Shown: positions 28,321-38,351 of the stretch, piece by piece
Layout of the letters: each line of letters starts with the position of its first letter
Numbering within the stretch: the stretch's first letter is position 1
NCBI GenBank assembly: GCA_964496065.1
Contig: CAZBXD010000003.1
Location: forward strand, 5,806-69,805
Source: an uncultured Bdellovibrionales bacterium
Lineage (GTDB): Bacteria; Pseudomonadota; Alphaproteobacteria; Micavibrionales; SZUA-601
Length of the DNA stretch: 64,000 nt
Reading direction: 5' to 3'
Notes under the pieces: generated by a model
Told to the model about the DNA's origin: nothing
Database searches by the model: none
Seen by the model: only the letters and a program-made list of their open reading frames with translations
Program-made: the position numbers and the translations under genes

Positions 28321-29607
28321 TCAACGTTGAATATGGAGGTTAGAGAGCTCATTACTGATTGTTTCAAACGCATCAATCAAATCGGTTTGTGATGGTGCAT
28401 CGTAGTATTTTGATAAATCTGTTGCGCATTGGCGATAGTAATCTTTGGTTGATTCACTAATGTTTGATTCAAAGGTGACTGTATAAATCAGAACCCCTTT
28501 TGATTTAAGGTCTTCGCATATTTCAGCAAAACGTTCATTCAAGTCATTCACAGTGATACTATGTTGCCAGGTTAGGCCATAGGCACTATAGGTTGGGTGT
28601 ACTGTATTTTGACCATCGGTCATCATCACAATAGCTTTGCGCCAAACCTCATCATCCCAATCGGCGCCTTCAGTAAAAGGAAATTCAGGAGAAATAACCC
28701 GGCCACCCCAGACCATGCCGTAATTCCCCAACGTATGACCATCTGCATTCATGTAGTTGATGGCACTATAAAGCTTTGTTGTATCACTGGTGAGAGGAAC
28801 AACAGTGGTGCGTGGGCAGCGGCTGTTACGATTACTCCCGGAAGGATAGCGGTAAATCTCCCACGGCCCCACAGCTTCTTGTGTATCAAGGGGATAAGTT
28901 AAGGCCTCGACGCATCCCAACCATTGCTGATTATTGGTTTGACTATAAACATAGCCGTTTGGGTTGTTAACGAAGGCTGTGTCATAGGGATTGCCATCTT
29001 CATCCTCACCAAGGCCGTAATAGCCAATATTCACTGAGTTACTGTAGGGGACAAGTGCTATTTTTATCGTGTCATCTTCTGGGGCACGATCATATAAAAT
29101 ATCAACAAAATTAGTCGCTGCTGTGCGTAGTGCAGCGATATTATTATTGCTACTCATTGATCCTGTATTATCCATTACAAGGGCGACTTCAATTCCGCGG
29201 GTTTCACGGACAACTTGGGCACTTGTGCTGACGGTGATTTTATCATAACCAAAAATATTCATAAATTTAGTATAGACATCTGCACTTGCACTGACGGTGA
29301 GAAGTTGGTCCTCTAAAACGAGGTTAAGATTATAAGGCTCTCCTAACCCTTGTGCAGGATAGTTGGCAAAAAAGAAATCTTCAAACCGCTGAGTAATGGC
29401 AGCGGTATCACCACTTGATGAAGCAGCGGCTAAAGCAGAGGCATCGAGAGAGCGCCCTAAACGGTCATGCACCAGATAAGCCTGGCCCATATCAACACTT
29501 AAGCCAACTGCTGCAATAATTGCCGGAATGGTTAGGCTAAAAGTGATGGCCACAATCCCCTCATTGCGGTGATTTAGTCTATTGAGAGCATATCGCAAAT
29601 TTTTCAT
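28321..29607 (-). CDS. tadG: TadG-like pilus assembly protein with von Willebrand factor A domain
   Basis: 428-aa ORF; N-terminal TadE/G-like hydrophobic segment (GIVAITFSLTIPAIIAAVGLSVDMG); MIDAS-like VMDNTGSMS. Confidence 0.75.
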   Translation of the reverse strand: MKNLRYALNRLNHRNEGIVAITFSLTIPAIIAAVGLSVDMGQAYLVHDRLGRSLDASALAAASSSGDTAAITQRFEDFFFANYPAQGLGEPYNLNLVLEDQLLTVSASADVYTKFMNIFGYDKITVSTSAQVVRETRGIEVALVMDNTGSMSSNNNIAALRTAATNFVDILYDRAPEDDTIKIALVPYSNSVNIGYYGLGEDEDGNPYDTAFVNNPNGYVYSQTNNQQWLGCVEALTYPLDTQEAVGPWEIYRYPSGSNRNSRCPRTTVVPLTSDTTKLYSAINYMNADGHTLGNYGMVWGGRVISPEFPFTEGADWDDEVWRKAIVMMTDGQNTVHPTYSAYGLTWQHSITVNDLNERFAEICEDLKSKGVLIYTVTFESNISESTKDYYRQCATDLSKYYDAPSQTDLIDAFETISNELSNLHIQR

Positions 29608-29609
29608 GA

Positions 29610-30152
29610 CTATTCCCTTGCAACAAAAGAATTTCGACGGCCACGCATAAACGCAACTTCCGTCATATCAATTTGGTTCAAAAATGTGCTACTAAAAGTT
29701 GGCTCATACTGATAGATCACAGTGACGGCGATCAAGCCCTCATTTTCGACTCCTAGGCCATCAGCAAGGTCTTCGACATTATCGTTTGGCGACATATTAA
29801 CGGTATCTCGCCAGATCACGGTTGGATCAGCATTATCGCCTTCAAAGCGGATTGCAGCAATATCAATCCCAAAGCTTGCCGTATCCAGGGGTTGTAGTGC
29901 AAGCTGTGCTGCCAAAAAAGCGTCATCAATATCGGCATCATCAGCTGTCAGTTGGCGTGTAACAAGATCAGCAGCCATTTGTGAGGCTGTAATCACCTTT
30001 TTATTCGTCAAAATACCATTGCCAAGGTCAACCATACCAAGGAGTAAAATAAACATGATCGGGAAGACCAAAGCAAATTCGGTCGCGGCGATGCCCTTTT
30101 CATCAGAGAACCAACGGCTTATGTGAAAATGTTTAAAATTCATACGGTTCAT
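29610..30152 (-). CDS. tadF: TadE/TadF-like pseudopilin
   Basis: 180-aa ORF; N-terminal EKGIAATEFALVFPIMFILLLGMVDLG (TadE-like domain). Confidence 0.7.
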   Translation of the reverse strand: MNRMNFKHFHISRWFSDEKGIAATEFALVFPIMFILLLGMVDLGNGILTNKKVITASQMAADLVTRQLTADDADIDDAFLAAQLALQPLDTASFGIDIAAIRFEGDNADPTVIWRDTVNMSPNDNVEDLADGLGVENEGLIAVTVIYQYEPTFSSTFLNQIDMTEVAFMRGRRNSFVARE

Positions 30153-30648
30153 TTCTCACGGTCGCTGTTGCCATGATTAAGGCAGATCGTGTACTGCCGC
30201 CAAGTAATGTTCCTAGCCATGGAGTTGAAAAGTTAAATCGATACGCCACACGTACGATCACAACTTCACTGGCGCCACCGGGGTCAAATCCCCCACTTTG
30301 TAGGTTGCCATCTGAATCAAAGACGGGCTGGACACCGGCTGCTTCACTAAAATTTACCCCATCCGGATTAATAACTTCGAATTGTAGATCCGAACAATCA
30401 ATAATTTCATCAACTTTGTCACATAATTCATCGGTAAAAGTTCCCAGAGGATCGCCAGATTCCTGGGCTTGTCCTGTGCGAATAATCCTTGCAGCTTGGA
30501 CAGTTGCTCCTTCCATAACGGTTGCACTGGCGTAATACATTCCTAATTCTAGAATGCCAATAACCATCATAAAAAAGGGCAGAGCAACAAAAGCAAATTC
30601 AATTGCGGTTACCCCTTTTTGATTTTTAATCAGTGAGCGATGGAACAC
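30133..30648 (-). CDS. tadE: TadE-like pseudopilin
   Basis: 171-aa ORF; N-terminal QKGVTAIEFAFVALPFFMMVIGILELG (TadE-like domain). Confidence 0.7.
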   Translation of the reverse strand: MFHRSLIKNQKGVTAIEFAFVALPFFMMVIGILELGMYYASATVMEGATVQAARIIRTGQAQESGDPLGTFTDELCDKVDEIIDCSDLQFEVINPDGVNFSEAAGVQPVFDSDGNLQSGGFDPGGASEVVIVRVAYRFNFSTPWLGTLLGGSTRSALIMATATVRNEPYEF

Positions 30649-30840
30649 CCAAACTTACCCCTCGTTATCACGCGAAAACCTCTCTCACAGCACAAAATAA
30701 CATCCAATAATGCTATCGGATGTTTTTATATTTTTACCGTCCTATTGAATTCTCATTATATCTTAAAGGATTTAATAATTTTTGAAATTATATGTAAAAT
30801 TTTAACTATTTTTAGGTGTTTTTGTATTTAAAGCAATGCG

Positions 30841-33800
30841 TTAGCTGTGGTTAACCACTTCTGTCTGATTTTTTCTTGGTTTATCCTCATTTGTACGCGG
30901 GCCTTCAATTTTTGAAATATCTCCAACAGCACTAAGGGCTTTTTCCGTCATTAAATCAACAAGCTCTTGAACAATTTCTTCAGTAACATAACTGGTGGTT
31001 GATTTAGAAGGATCTCCTGCTTCTGCATAAAAATCAATCCGGCGTTTAATTTCACTGCGTGCTGATCCACCAGGATAAGAGGCTGCCAAAGCTGTTCGAG
31101 CACGCGCCGCACCAAGACGAATATAGAGACGCTTGCGGATTGCTACATCTTCTGCAGAAGTTGATAATGCCCATAATTCAATTGGACCAAGGGTGTTAAT
31201 GAGATGCTGCTCATAACGTCCTTCATTTGTCCCAAGAATAAATAGCGCTGGACCGCCACTGGAACGCGGGCCGGTCAGGCGATTACGCATAATCCAAACC
31301 GCAGTGTCAGTAAGACTAAAACGGTCACGCGCCTCTTGGACGGCATTATCACTAATTGCGGCCCCTAAAACCCAAACGCCGGTCGCTAAATCGACCATAT
31401 CATCGTCAAAGTCTTTTAAAAGCTGGGAGGATAGGACAATTTGAACGCCCCATTTACGCCCTTCGCGAACATCTCGAATAATTTGCGAGCGGACGGCTTG
31501 AGATTTACTAGTTCGGTGAAATTCATCATAACAGAGGCGTTTTGGTGTTTCTTTAACATCACGAAGGCGGATTTCGTGGTAGGATTGGTATTTTTTGGGC
31601 ATATAACGAATAGCTTCTTCGTTAATCCACCAATTCCGAACTAAGACATGGCGAGCAAGCATATACATAATCGCAGTTTGGCGGTCGGCAGTTTGGTCGC
31701 CTTGTGGGGAGACGTCCATCAAATCTAATGCACAAACACGGGTTGTTCCAATATCAAACTGTGTCACAGAAGATAAAATGGGGAGTTCACGAATAGACGA
31801 TGAAATCATTCTCTCAAATGCGTTGATAACGTTTTCATTACTGCCGCCAATTTGGGTTTCTTCAAGAAGGGATTGAATTTGTGGTCGACGTGCGGCTGTA
31901 ACGGCATCAGTCAAGGTTGGAACAGCATGACGTTGTGCCAAAGATGCGCCATGATGTAAATCATTATCAAATAAAATATCAACAACATCCCACCAAAGGG
32001 CATTCTGTGGCAGGTGGATATTATGTTTTTGTAGGATTTCATCTACTTTTTCATCTACGCGAGGTAGATAGGGTCGCGGTTCAGAATTTGCTTCTGCATC
32101 ATTACGCCAGCGGAACATTTCGTCAACAACAAGACCTGCAAGTTGAGGGATGCCATCATAGGGGCGATCTTGCCCGGGCGGAGTTGCAAGAAGCGTGATA
32201 AGTTCGATTAAGTAGCTTCGTTCATCTTGGAGCGGATTACGACATCCCAATTGCGTATCAAACGGGTTAATCGCGTATTCAGGACTCATACTGATGCGAT
32301 AGCTCCCAACCTCATGTGCGCGGCTTGGTGGGAGGGCGTCCTTGAGAAGAGAAATCAAGCCAGAAGACGATGGGCCAATATCAATTACAGCAATATAGGG
32401 AAGTTGCGATACGCCACCGGTCAAGACTGTTCCTAAATTCAGTGTGTTCATTAAAACAGATTTACCAGCTCCAGGTTGGGCAAAAATCAAATCAAACCAG
32501 GTGGTTGTAAGATTAGTCCCTGTTTGGTATGGCCAAACCTTACCATCTGGAGAACGTAAAATCATAGAGCCATTTTCAAACGGACTACTGGGGCGCTGCC
32601 ATGGCAATAGTTTAAGGACTTCTGATAAGGGGGCAATTGCTGCGGGGGCTGTTGACCCACAGGCAATCCCCGGTACAGAGGACATGACCTCATCTAAAGG
32701 ATCGCCAGAAACCTGGCTTACTTGGCAATATCCCCAGCTTTCAAGACCTTGGGTTAGAATGGCAGCCCGATCTTCAATCAAGTCTCTCATGCCTTCAGGT
32801 GCCCAGGTTGCGGCAGAGATACGGAGTTTAACAACTGGCTCATCCTTGGCTAAATCGGATAGGTAATCGATCGATTGTTTAATTTGTCGATTGACCCCAT
32901 TTGTAATCGCTAGAATTGATGCAACCAGTGTTTTCGTCTGGGCTCCTTGAATCCCTCCCCCTTCGATGAGGAAAGAAATACGAAAGGGAATATCTGCTTC
33001 AACAAAACGAGAAAGAAGCTGCGGGAATGGGTTGGGGTCGGTTGGCGGCAGGGTAACATCAACGCCTGACCAGTATCTATTGCCGATTTTAACAATTGAA
33101 GAAGAGATCACTTCAGCATCATAAGTACATAATTGCTGGCGAATAGGGGGCCAGAGAATATCTGAGTAGTCTTTTGGACGTTTGGGGGCACGCGCTGGAA
33201 TTGGATCTCCCGGTAAACAGGGTTGCCATTTGTCATTAGCTCGACCAGGAAAAATGGCGGAGCGGATGGCTCTAAGTGCATCATGAACCTCCATGACTTG
33301 GGATTGTATCCCAAGCTCATTTAGAGAAGAACGAATAGTGGCAACATAAGAGCGATGTCGTGTGCGTAACCCATCAAGCGCTGCGTTGACCCTTTGGGCA
33401 CCCCCAGAAGGGACCCAATTTTGAATCTTTTTTACGCGTTTATCTTTTTCCCGGGCTGCTTCGGGTTTTGATAAGCTACTCGGGCGGGTCCATAAGACAA
33501 AGTAACATTCCTCCCAAGCAAGAAAATTTCTTAAATGTCGAACACGTTCATCAAAAACATCATCAAGGTTAAGTCCTGCAGCCTCAGCGGCCCGCCGATT
33601 TGATCGCATTAGATTTCGTAATTCCTTGCCGATACGATCTGGATTGCGAATAAAAACAACTTGCAACGCATAGCCAGTTCGATCAAACCGTGCACCAAGT
33701 TTCATCGTGCCTTGTTCAATGATATTATTATATTCGTTGGCTCCGATAATTTGTCGGCTTCCGTCAACCTTTACAAGGGTAACCATTGAGCCATCCTCAG

Positions 33801-33906
33801 CAACAAGGGTGACATCATCATCGGCGGTTTCAATCCGAATGAAGGATTCAAGTGATTGCTTTGCCATGGTTGCAAAAGGGGCAATAAAGCTATCAAGCCA
33901 TTTCAT
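30841..33906 (-). CDS. icmB/dotO: Type IVB secretion ATPase IcmB/DotO (TraU-like)
   Basis: 1021-aa ORF; Walker A AQPGAGKSVLMN; family hallmarks IAVIDIGPSSSGLISLLK, INPFDTQLGCR, DEFHRTSKS, REGRKWGVQIVLSSQ, GPIELWALSTSAED. Size matches the roughly 1000-aa IcmB. Confidence 0.9.
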   Translation of the reverse strand: MKWLDSFIAPFATMAKQSLESFIRIETADDDVTLVAEDGSMVTLVKVDGSRQIIGANEYNNIIEQGTMKLGARFDRTGYALQVVFIRNPDRIGKELRNLMRSNRRAAEAAGLNLDDVFDERVRHLRNFLAWEECYFVLWTRPSSLSKPEAAREKDKRVKKIQNWVPSGGAQRVNAALDGLRTRHRSYVATIRSSLNELGIQSQVMEVHDALRAIRSAIFPGRANDKWQPCLPGDPIPARAPKRPKDYSDILWPPIRQQLCTYDAEVISSSIVKIGNRYWSGVDVTLPPTDPNPFPQLLSRFVEADIPFRISFLIEGGGIQGAQTKTLVASILAITNGVNRQIKQSIDYLSDLAKDEPVVKLRISAATWAPEGMRDLIEDRAAILTQGLESWGYCQVSQVSGDPLDEVMSSVPGIACGSTAPAAIAPLSEVLKLLPWQRPSSPFENGSMILRSPDGKVWPYQTGTNLTTTWFDLIFAQPGAGKSVLMNTLNLGTVLTGGVSQLPYIAVIDIGPSSSGLISLLKDALPPSRAHEVGSYRISMSPEYAINPFDTQLGCRNPLQDERSYLIELITLLATPPGQDRPYDGIPQLAGLVVDEMFRWRNDAEANSEPRPYLPRVDEKVDEILQKHNIHLPQNALWWDVVDILFDNDLHHGASLAQRHAVPTLTDAVTAARRPQIQSLLEETQIGGSNENVINAFERMISSSIRELPILSSVTQFDIGTTRVCALDLMDVSPQGDQTADRQTAIMYMLARHVLVRNWWINEEAIRYMPKKYQSYHEIRLRDVKETPKRLCYDEFHRTSKSQAVRSQIIRDVREGRKWGVQIVLSSQLLKDFDDDMVDLATGVWVLGAAISDNAVQEARDRFSLTDTAVWIMRNRLTGPRSSGGPALFILGTNEGRYEQHLINTLGPIELWALSTSAEDVAIRKRLYIRLGAARARTALAASYPGGSARSEIKRRIDFYAEAGDPSKSTTSYVTEEIVQELVDLMTEKALSAVGDISKIEGPRTNEDKPRKNQTEVVNHS

Positions 33907-34012
33907 CAGATCAATTATCTCTCTTAATTATTGTCAACATAGTAGCTGAAGAACTCCGTTAGGTTAAGACCTATCAAGTAAAAAAAAAGATAAAGAGAAG
34001 AAAATAGTTTCT

Positions 34013-34705
34013 CTATGAAACTTTCTCGATCTCCTTATACATGCCCCCCCATTTTTCAGTAGAAATTTCAGTGAAAGGCCCACCTTTTTTCGTACGCCAA
34101 TAAGCTAAGTGTTTCGGGAAGGCGTTAAGTTCAACCCCCCTATCATTAATAACTCGGCGATCAAGCGGCAGTAAGCGGATGCCTTTTAACTTATTATTGA
34201 CCCGCCGATATTGTTTATCATTGAGGAAATCTTCTAAAACAACAGCAAGGTCAGAAGGATTATCAGATCCGAGACGCTTTTTTGCTTCAAGACGTCGCTC
34301 CTTGAGAGTGTGCAAAACAGCCTTACTAGCTTCTGACAGAGGACCTTGTGCAAAGCGAGCAACATAAAGCGCGCGCACAATGTGGTGTAGCGCTGCTTGT
34401 CCGATCTCTGGCAACCAGATCAGAACACCAGAATGCATCTTTGCAACGCTAACTAAATCAAAGCATTGATGACAAAAGGTACAGGCTGTTAAACAATTTT
34501 CATCAGAAAAATCATCCGTGAAGCCATTCTTGTGATAGATTTCTTGATATTTTTCGGCCTGAAAACCACAAAACTGGCAGGTATAATTATCCCGCTCAAA
34601 GATTTTATTTCTTTCAAGTTCGTGATCTTTTGCAAAAGAACGCGCTGGGGGATTGCCAGACCAATCATCGCGATGAACGCCAAGCCGTAAAGGATGATAT
34701 TTCAT
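34013..34705 (-). CDS. icmJ/dotN: Type IVB secretion protein IcmJ/DotN (Cys-rich zinc-binding type)
   Basis: 230-aa ORF; RDNYTCQFCGFQAEKYQEI...CLTACTFCHQCF Cys cluster as in DotN; position immediately upstream of icmB. Confidence 0.8.
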   Translation of the reverse strand: MKYHPLRLGVHRDDWSGNPPARSFAKDHELERNKIFERDNYTCQFCGFQAEKYQEIYHKNGFTDDFSDENCLTACTFCHQCFDLVSVAKMHSGVLIWLPEIGQAALHHIVRALYVARFAQGPLSEASKAVLHTLKERRLEAKKRLGSDNPSDLAVVLEDFLNDKQYRRVNNKLKGIRLLPLDRRVINDRGVELNAFPKHLAYWRTKKGGPFTEISTEKWGGMYKEIEKVS

Positions 34706-34747
34706 AAAGTTAGAATAGTTGATTTTGGATTATTATTCAATAGTTCA

Positions 34748-35131
34748 CTAATTGTAAAGGGCTGGACGATTAACAATTGCCGCATTTGCGTCCCCGCCAA
34801 TCGTATCAATTGCAACATTAATTGCAAAAGGGAGCGCAATCAGTGCGGCACCAATCCCAAGACGAGCGAGGGCATCTTTCATATGGTTTTGCGATTGATT
34901 GTCAACATAATCACGCATTTTAATGAGCCCCATAATCGTAAACCCAATTCCAGTTAAATAAGAAATCGATGAAAAAAGCGCAGGAATCCACCCCATGTTG
35001 AAGGTAACGCTGTCCATTACCGTCCCAACATTTTGAGCCTGTGCTTGTTTTGGTGATAAAAGAAGAAGCCCTCCGACTATCAGAGTGAAATGAAAAATGT
35101 AAAGTCGGGTCATTATCACTCTAATAATCAT
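34748..35131 (-). CDS. icmD/dotP: IcmD/DotP-like small membrane protein, paralog 3
   Basis: 127-aa ORF; signal-like N-terminus plus two TM segments; shared core YLTGIGFTIMGLIKMRDYVDN...MKDALARLGIGAALIALP; position between icmC and icmJ. Confidence 0.6.
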   Translation of the reverse strand: MIIRVIMTRLYIFHFTLIVGGLLLLSPKQAQAQNVGTVMDSVTFNMGWIPALFSSISYLTGIGFTIMGLIKMRDYVDNQSQNHMKDALARLGIGAALIALPFAINVAIDTIGGDANAAIVNRPALYN

Positions 35132-35164
35132 AAGGGCTTCTCTTAAAACTAGCGTATCAGTTTT

Positions 35165-35539
35165 CTAAAAATTCATATCACCTGCGTTAAAGTCTAGGTC
35201 GGCAGGTCCAGCGCCCATCGTGTCGGAAGATGTTGTAATGACAAATGGAATCAGGATGAGCAAGGCACCAACCGCTAAGCGAATAAGGGCATTTTTCATG
35301 TTACCACTGCTTGGATCATCGACATATTCTTTCAATTTGAATAGACCAGCAATCGTAAAACCAACCCCCATAATATAGGCGGCACTGGTAAACAAAGATG
35401 GAATTTCCCCTAATTGGCCTTGAATATCCTTTGATACTTGACCAAGCCCGGCTTGAGACTGTGAAATAGTAATGAGAGATGTTGTCAATCCGGCCGCAAA
35501 GCCGTATTTGAGTGTACTAAGTTTCTTTGACATTGTCAT
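35165..35539 (-). CDS. icmD/dotP: IcmD/DotP-like small membrane protein, paralog 2
   Basis: 124-aa ORF; core YIMGVGFTIAGLFKLKEYVDDP...MKNALIRLAVGALLILIP. Confidence 0.6.
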   Translation of the reverse strand: MTMSKKLSTLKYGFAAGLTTSLITISQSQAGLGQVSKDIQGQLGEIPSLFTSAAYIMGVGFTIAGLFKLKEYVDDPSSGNMKNALIRLAVGALLILIPFVITTSSDTMGAGPADLDFNAGDMNF

Positions 35540-35608
35540 GAGTGACCTCCTATGGTTGTGGTTGAAACTTAAAAGTAGTTCGTTAAAAAACTGATAAACT
35601 CCCGTTAG

Positions 35609-36007
35609 TTAGTTAAAAACGCTTAAATCTTGTCGTCCTGGTTCTGTTTGCAAGCCTTCAGCGCCAAATGTTGCCGCTGAGGTGACAATAACCCAAGGTA
35701 GAAAAATTAACATGGCGCCAACGCCAAGCCGGATCAGGGCATCTTTCATAAAACTCCTATTTGGGTCATCAACATATTCCTTCAGTTTTAAAAGACCGGC
35801 AATGGTAAAACCAATTCCCATGATATAGCATACAGACCGCAAAAGAGTAGGCACAGTACTTATTTCACAGTCAAGTTCCTGAGTGATTTCAGCCAGATTT
35901 GATGTGGTCGCACCACAGTTTTGGGCATAGGCCAAGGAGCTTTGCAGAAATGCTACTGTTACAAAGCTTGAGAAAACCAGATTGTTATGTTTAATTTTTT
36001 CTATCAT
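35609..36007 (-). CDS. icmD/dotP: IcmD/DotP-like small membrane protein, paralog 1
   Basis: 132-aa ORF (same size as Legionella IcmD); core YIMGIGFTIAGLLKLKEYVDDP...MKDALIRLGVGAMLIFLP. Confidence 0.65.
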   Translation of the reverse strand: MIEKIKHNNLVFSSFVTVAFLQSSLAYAQNCGATTSNLAEITQELDCEISTVPTLLRSVCYIMGIGFTIAGLLKLKEYVDDPNRSFMKDALIRLGVGAMLIFLPWVIVTSAATFGAEGLQTEPGRQDLSVFN

Positions 36008-36013
36008 ACCTAA

Positions 36014-36940
36014 TTAACCGACATTGAAGAAATGAGACCCAGGGTCCATAAAGGTTTCTTGAATAATACTTGCAAAGGCTAGCCCGTTCGCTAACATAGC
36101 GCCCGCGGCAATATGCGTTACAGCCGCCATGATAGAGGCATTCCCTGCCCCTTCGGTGGCGCCCCGCAGAATAAACAGCCCACGAATAAAACTAATATAC
36201 CCAACAATTCTGAGGAAGGCAAAAACCCCCCACATGGCATCTTGGGCCCGTTGGGTAAACTCACCGCCTCCTCCTGTGAAAACAATATTTGTATATAAGT
36301 TGTTTTGCCCAAAAAGTGTTCCTTGAGAAATATTCATAAGATATCCAACAGACATTAACCCAGCCGCAACAAAAAATGTCGTCATGGTTCCAAGACCACC
36401 CGGCGCCTGAGGTCCATCATTGGAAGCAAGGGCTAATCTCTTAAGTGCAACGAGCATCAATGTAATACCTGCAGCGTAACAAAACAGCGGCAGTAAATTA
36501 TCCATAAAAGGAGCCCAGATGTTATTAATAATACGGTTGAGAACCCCGTCAAGACCATCGCCACCACCAGGTCCACCAGTGGCCATAGTAACTACACCAG
36601 CGCCACCGACACCAGCTCCTGAAATTGTTTCAACCAAAACATTAGCAGCATAGGGTGTTAGAATAAGCAAACCAGAAGCTAAAAATCGTAAGGCAACATG
36701 TAAGAGTTTTACGTCTCCTGGACTCTCACTATATTGTCGTGCCATCTTAAGACCAGAAAATGCGCAAAAAACCCCAAGAATATAGGCAATAGAGGATAAC
36801 AGAATTTGAATGGGGGTAAGGGCAAGATAGGTTGTTTGCGCCATATCACCCAATGTTGTAGCACCGGCCCAGGCTGATTCTGCGCTAAATACTGCAAAAA
36901 ATGCAGAAAAAACAAATATTTTCAGTGCGTTGTTCTTCAT
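36014..36940 (-). CDS. icmC/dotE: IcmC/DotE-like polytopic membrane protein
   Basis: 308-aa ORF. The N-terminal module is related to the IcmD paralogs (YILGVFCAFSGLKMARQYSESP...LRFLASGLLILTP), followed by a Gly-rich linker and further TM segments. Position between icmG and icmD. Confidence 0.5.
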   Translation of the reverse strand: MKNNALKIFVFSAFFAVFSAESAWAGATTLGDMAQTTYLALTPIQILLSSIAYILGVFCAFSGLKMARQYSESPGDVKLLHVALRFLASGLLILTPYAANVLVETISGAGVGGAGVVTMATGGPGGGDGLDGVLNRIINNIWAPFMDNLLPLFCYAAGITLMLVALKRLALASNDGPQAPGGLGTMTTFFVAAGLMSVGYLMNISQGTLFGQNNLYTNIVFTGGGGEFTQRAQDAMWGVFAFLRIVGYISFIRGLFILRGATEGAGNASIMAAVTHIAAGAMLANGLAFASIIQETFMDPGSHFFNVG

Positions 36941-37078
36941 AATCCCACAACTGCATGACTTTACATACTCAATTTAATCATGTTTTATAATAAATTTCAA
37001 CTAAAATTTTATATAAATTTAATATATCATCAAGATTTGGGGTTAAAGAAAAATAAAATTACAAAAAATAGTATAAAA

Positions 37079-38308
37079 TTATTGATTTATATCGCCACCT
37101 GTTGTTTTAACAATCCATTTCCCATTTTCTTGTGCAATTGATTGAATGACACCCATTCCAGGAATGGCTTGTCCAACACTGTAACGCTGCATTTCTGAAT
37201 TATTGGTTTGAGACAGCCAGGCAATGCCAGGTTGTGCAGAACGCAACACCCACTGTTTGGCAACTGGTTTTGGCGCCGGTTTTGCCTCTCGAATAGGTGG
37301 AGATTTTTGCGGCTCACCCTTAGCAGTAGCCTTTGCGGGAGTGACTGCTTTTGCTGTTGATTTTTGTGTCTTTGTTACTTTTTCAGATTGAGTCATTGCA
37401 TTTATTTTTTCACTCAATTGATCGAGACGATGTGTTACTTGCAGCATTTGTTGCGAGAGGGTGTTGAGTTTTTCTTTCTCATCCTCGGCTAGACCTGTCT
37501 TGTCTGCACTAGGCGTTTCTGAAGAAGGAGTTTGTTGCATAGTTTCAAGTTGCAGACTCAAAGCCTGTAAACTTTGTTCAAGCATTTCTATGCGTTGGGC
37601 TGTCGCGTTATCTTGCGGCAAAGACTGTGAGACAACGGGAGGCAAAACATCTTCAGTTACGTAAGTGTCTTCTGATTTTTCTCTGTCGCTGGGTTTTGAA
37701 GTGACTTGGTTCGTTTCATTGATGTTTTTGTCAAAGTCTTGCATAGGGGGAGTTTCGTCCCTGTTTATAGCAGTTGCTTCGTCTTTTTCAGGGCGTTCAA
37801 TTTCAATGAGATCTTCGGGAAGTGCTGGTGGTAAAAGCGCAGTATCTTCTTCGGGTATGCGCTGTTGCTGTACATCACTCGCCTCAGCAGCAGCTTCTTT
37901 AACTGTAGGTGGGGCAATATCAGAGACTGTGTCAGGATCAGGACCAATTGGAGTTGGCATGGGCGGCGGTGGCAACGGGGTAGGGGATTGAGCTTGTTCT
38001 ATATTCGTAGAAGGGGCTGGTGGAATGGCAATGGCTTGTGTGTCTGATGTCTGCTGTGTAGCAGGGGTCTTCTGACCCATGAAAGGCAAAGACTGTCCTA
38101 ATAAAAAATAACCAGCCCCAACAATGATAAGTAGGGCAAGAATAAGAAAAAGAACAAATTTTCCACCTGATTTCTTTTTCCCTATATTTTCATGGGGGTC
38201 TTCAAAATCAGAATCAGAAAAATCATCTTCTTCAAGAACATCACCGGTATCGATATGGTCTTCATCAAGTTCAAATTCATCATTAGGATCTATGCTATTG
38301 TCAGCCAT
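37079..38308 (-). CDS. icmG/dotF: IcmG/DotF-like bitopic protein (assignment mainly by position and topology)
   Basis: 409-aa ORF; acidic N-terminus, one TM (FVLFLILALLIIVGAGYFLL), long Pro/Thr/Gln/Glu-rich and coiled-coil periplasmic part, compact C-terminal domain (WVLRSAQPGIAWLS...VGQAIPGMGVIQSI). Confidence 0.45.
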   Translation of the reverse strand: MADNSIDPNDEFELDEDHIDTGDVLEEDDFSDSDFEDPHENIGKKKSGGKFVLFLILALLIIVGAGYFLLGQSLPFMGQKTPATQQTSDTQAIAIPPAPSTNIEQAQSPTPLPPPPMPTPIGPDPDTVSDIAPPTVKEAAAEASDVQQQRIPEEDTALLPPALPEDLIEIERPEKDEATAINRDETPPMQDFDKNINETNQVTSKPSDREKSEDTYVTEDVLPPVVSQSLPQDNATAQRIEMLEQSLQALSLQLETMQQTPSSETPSADKTGLAEDEKEKLNTLSQQMLQVTHRLDQLSEKINAMTQSEKVTKTQKSTAKAVTPAKATAKGEPQKSPPIREAKPAPKPVAKQWVLRSAQPGIAWLSQTNNSEMQRYSVGQAIPGMGVIQSIAQENGKWIVKTTGGDINQ

Positions 38309-38351
38309 GGTTGGTTAGTTTCCGTTCAGTAAAAGTGATTTATTTAAGTTG

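Noticed and set aside
34044-34050. A poly-C7 (G7 on the coding strand) tract near the 3' end of icmJ as a phase-variation switch
   Set aside because: Seven residues is marginal for slippage, and the tract lies only 10 codons before the stop, so a frameshift would have little effect.
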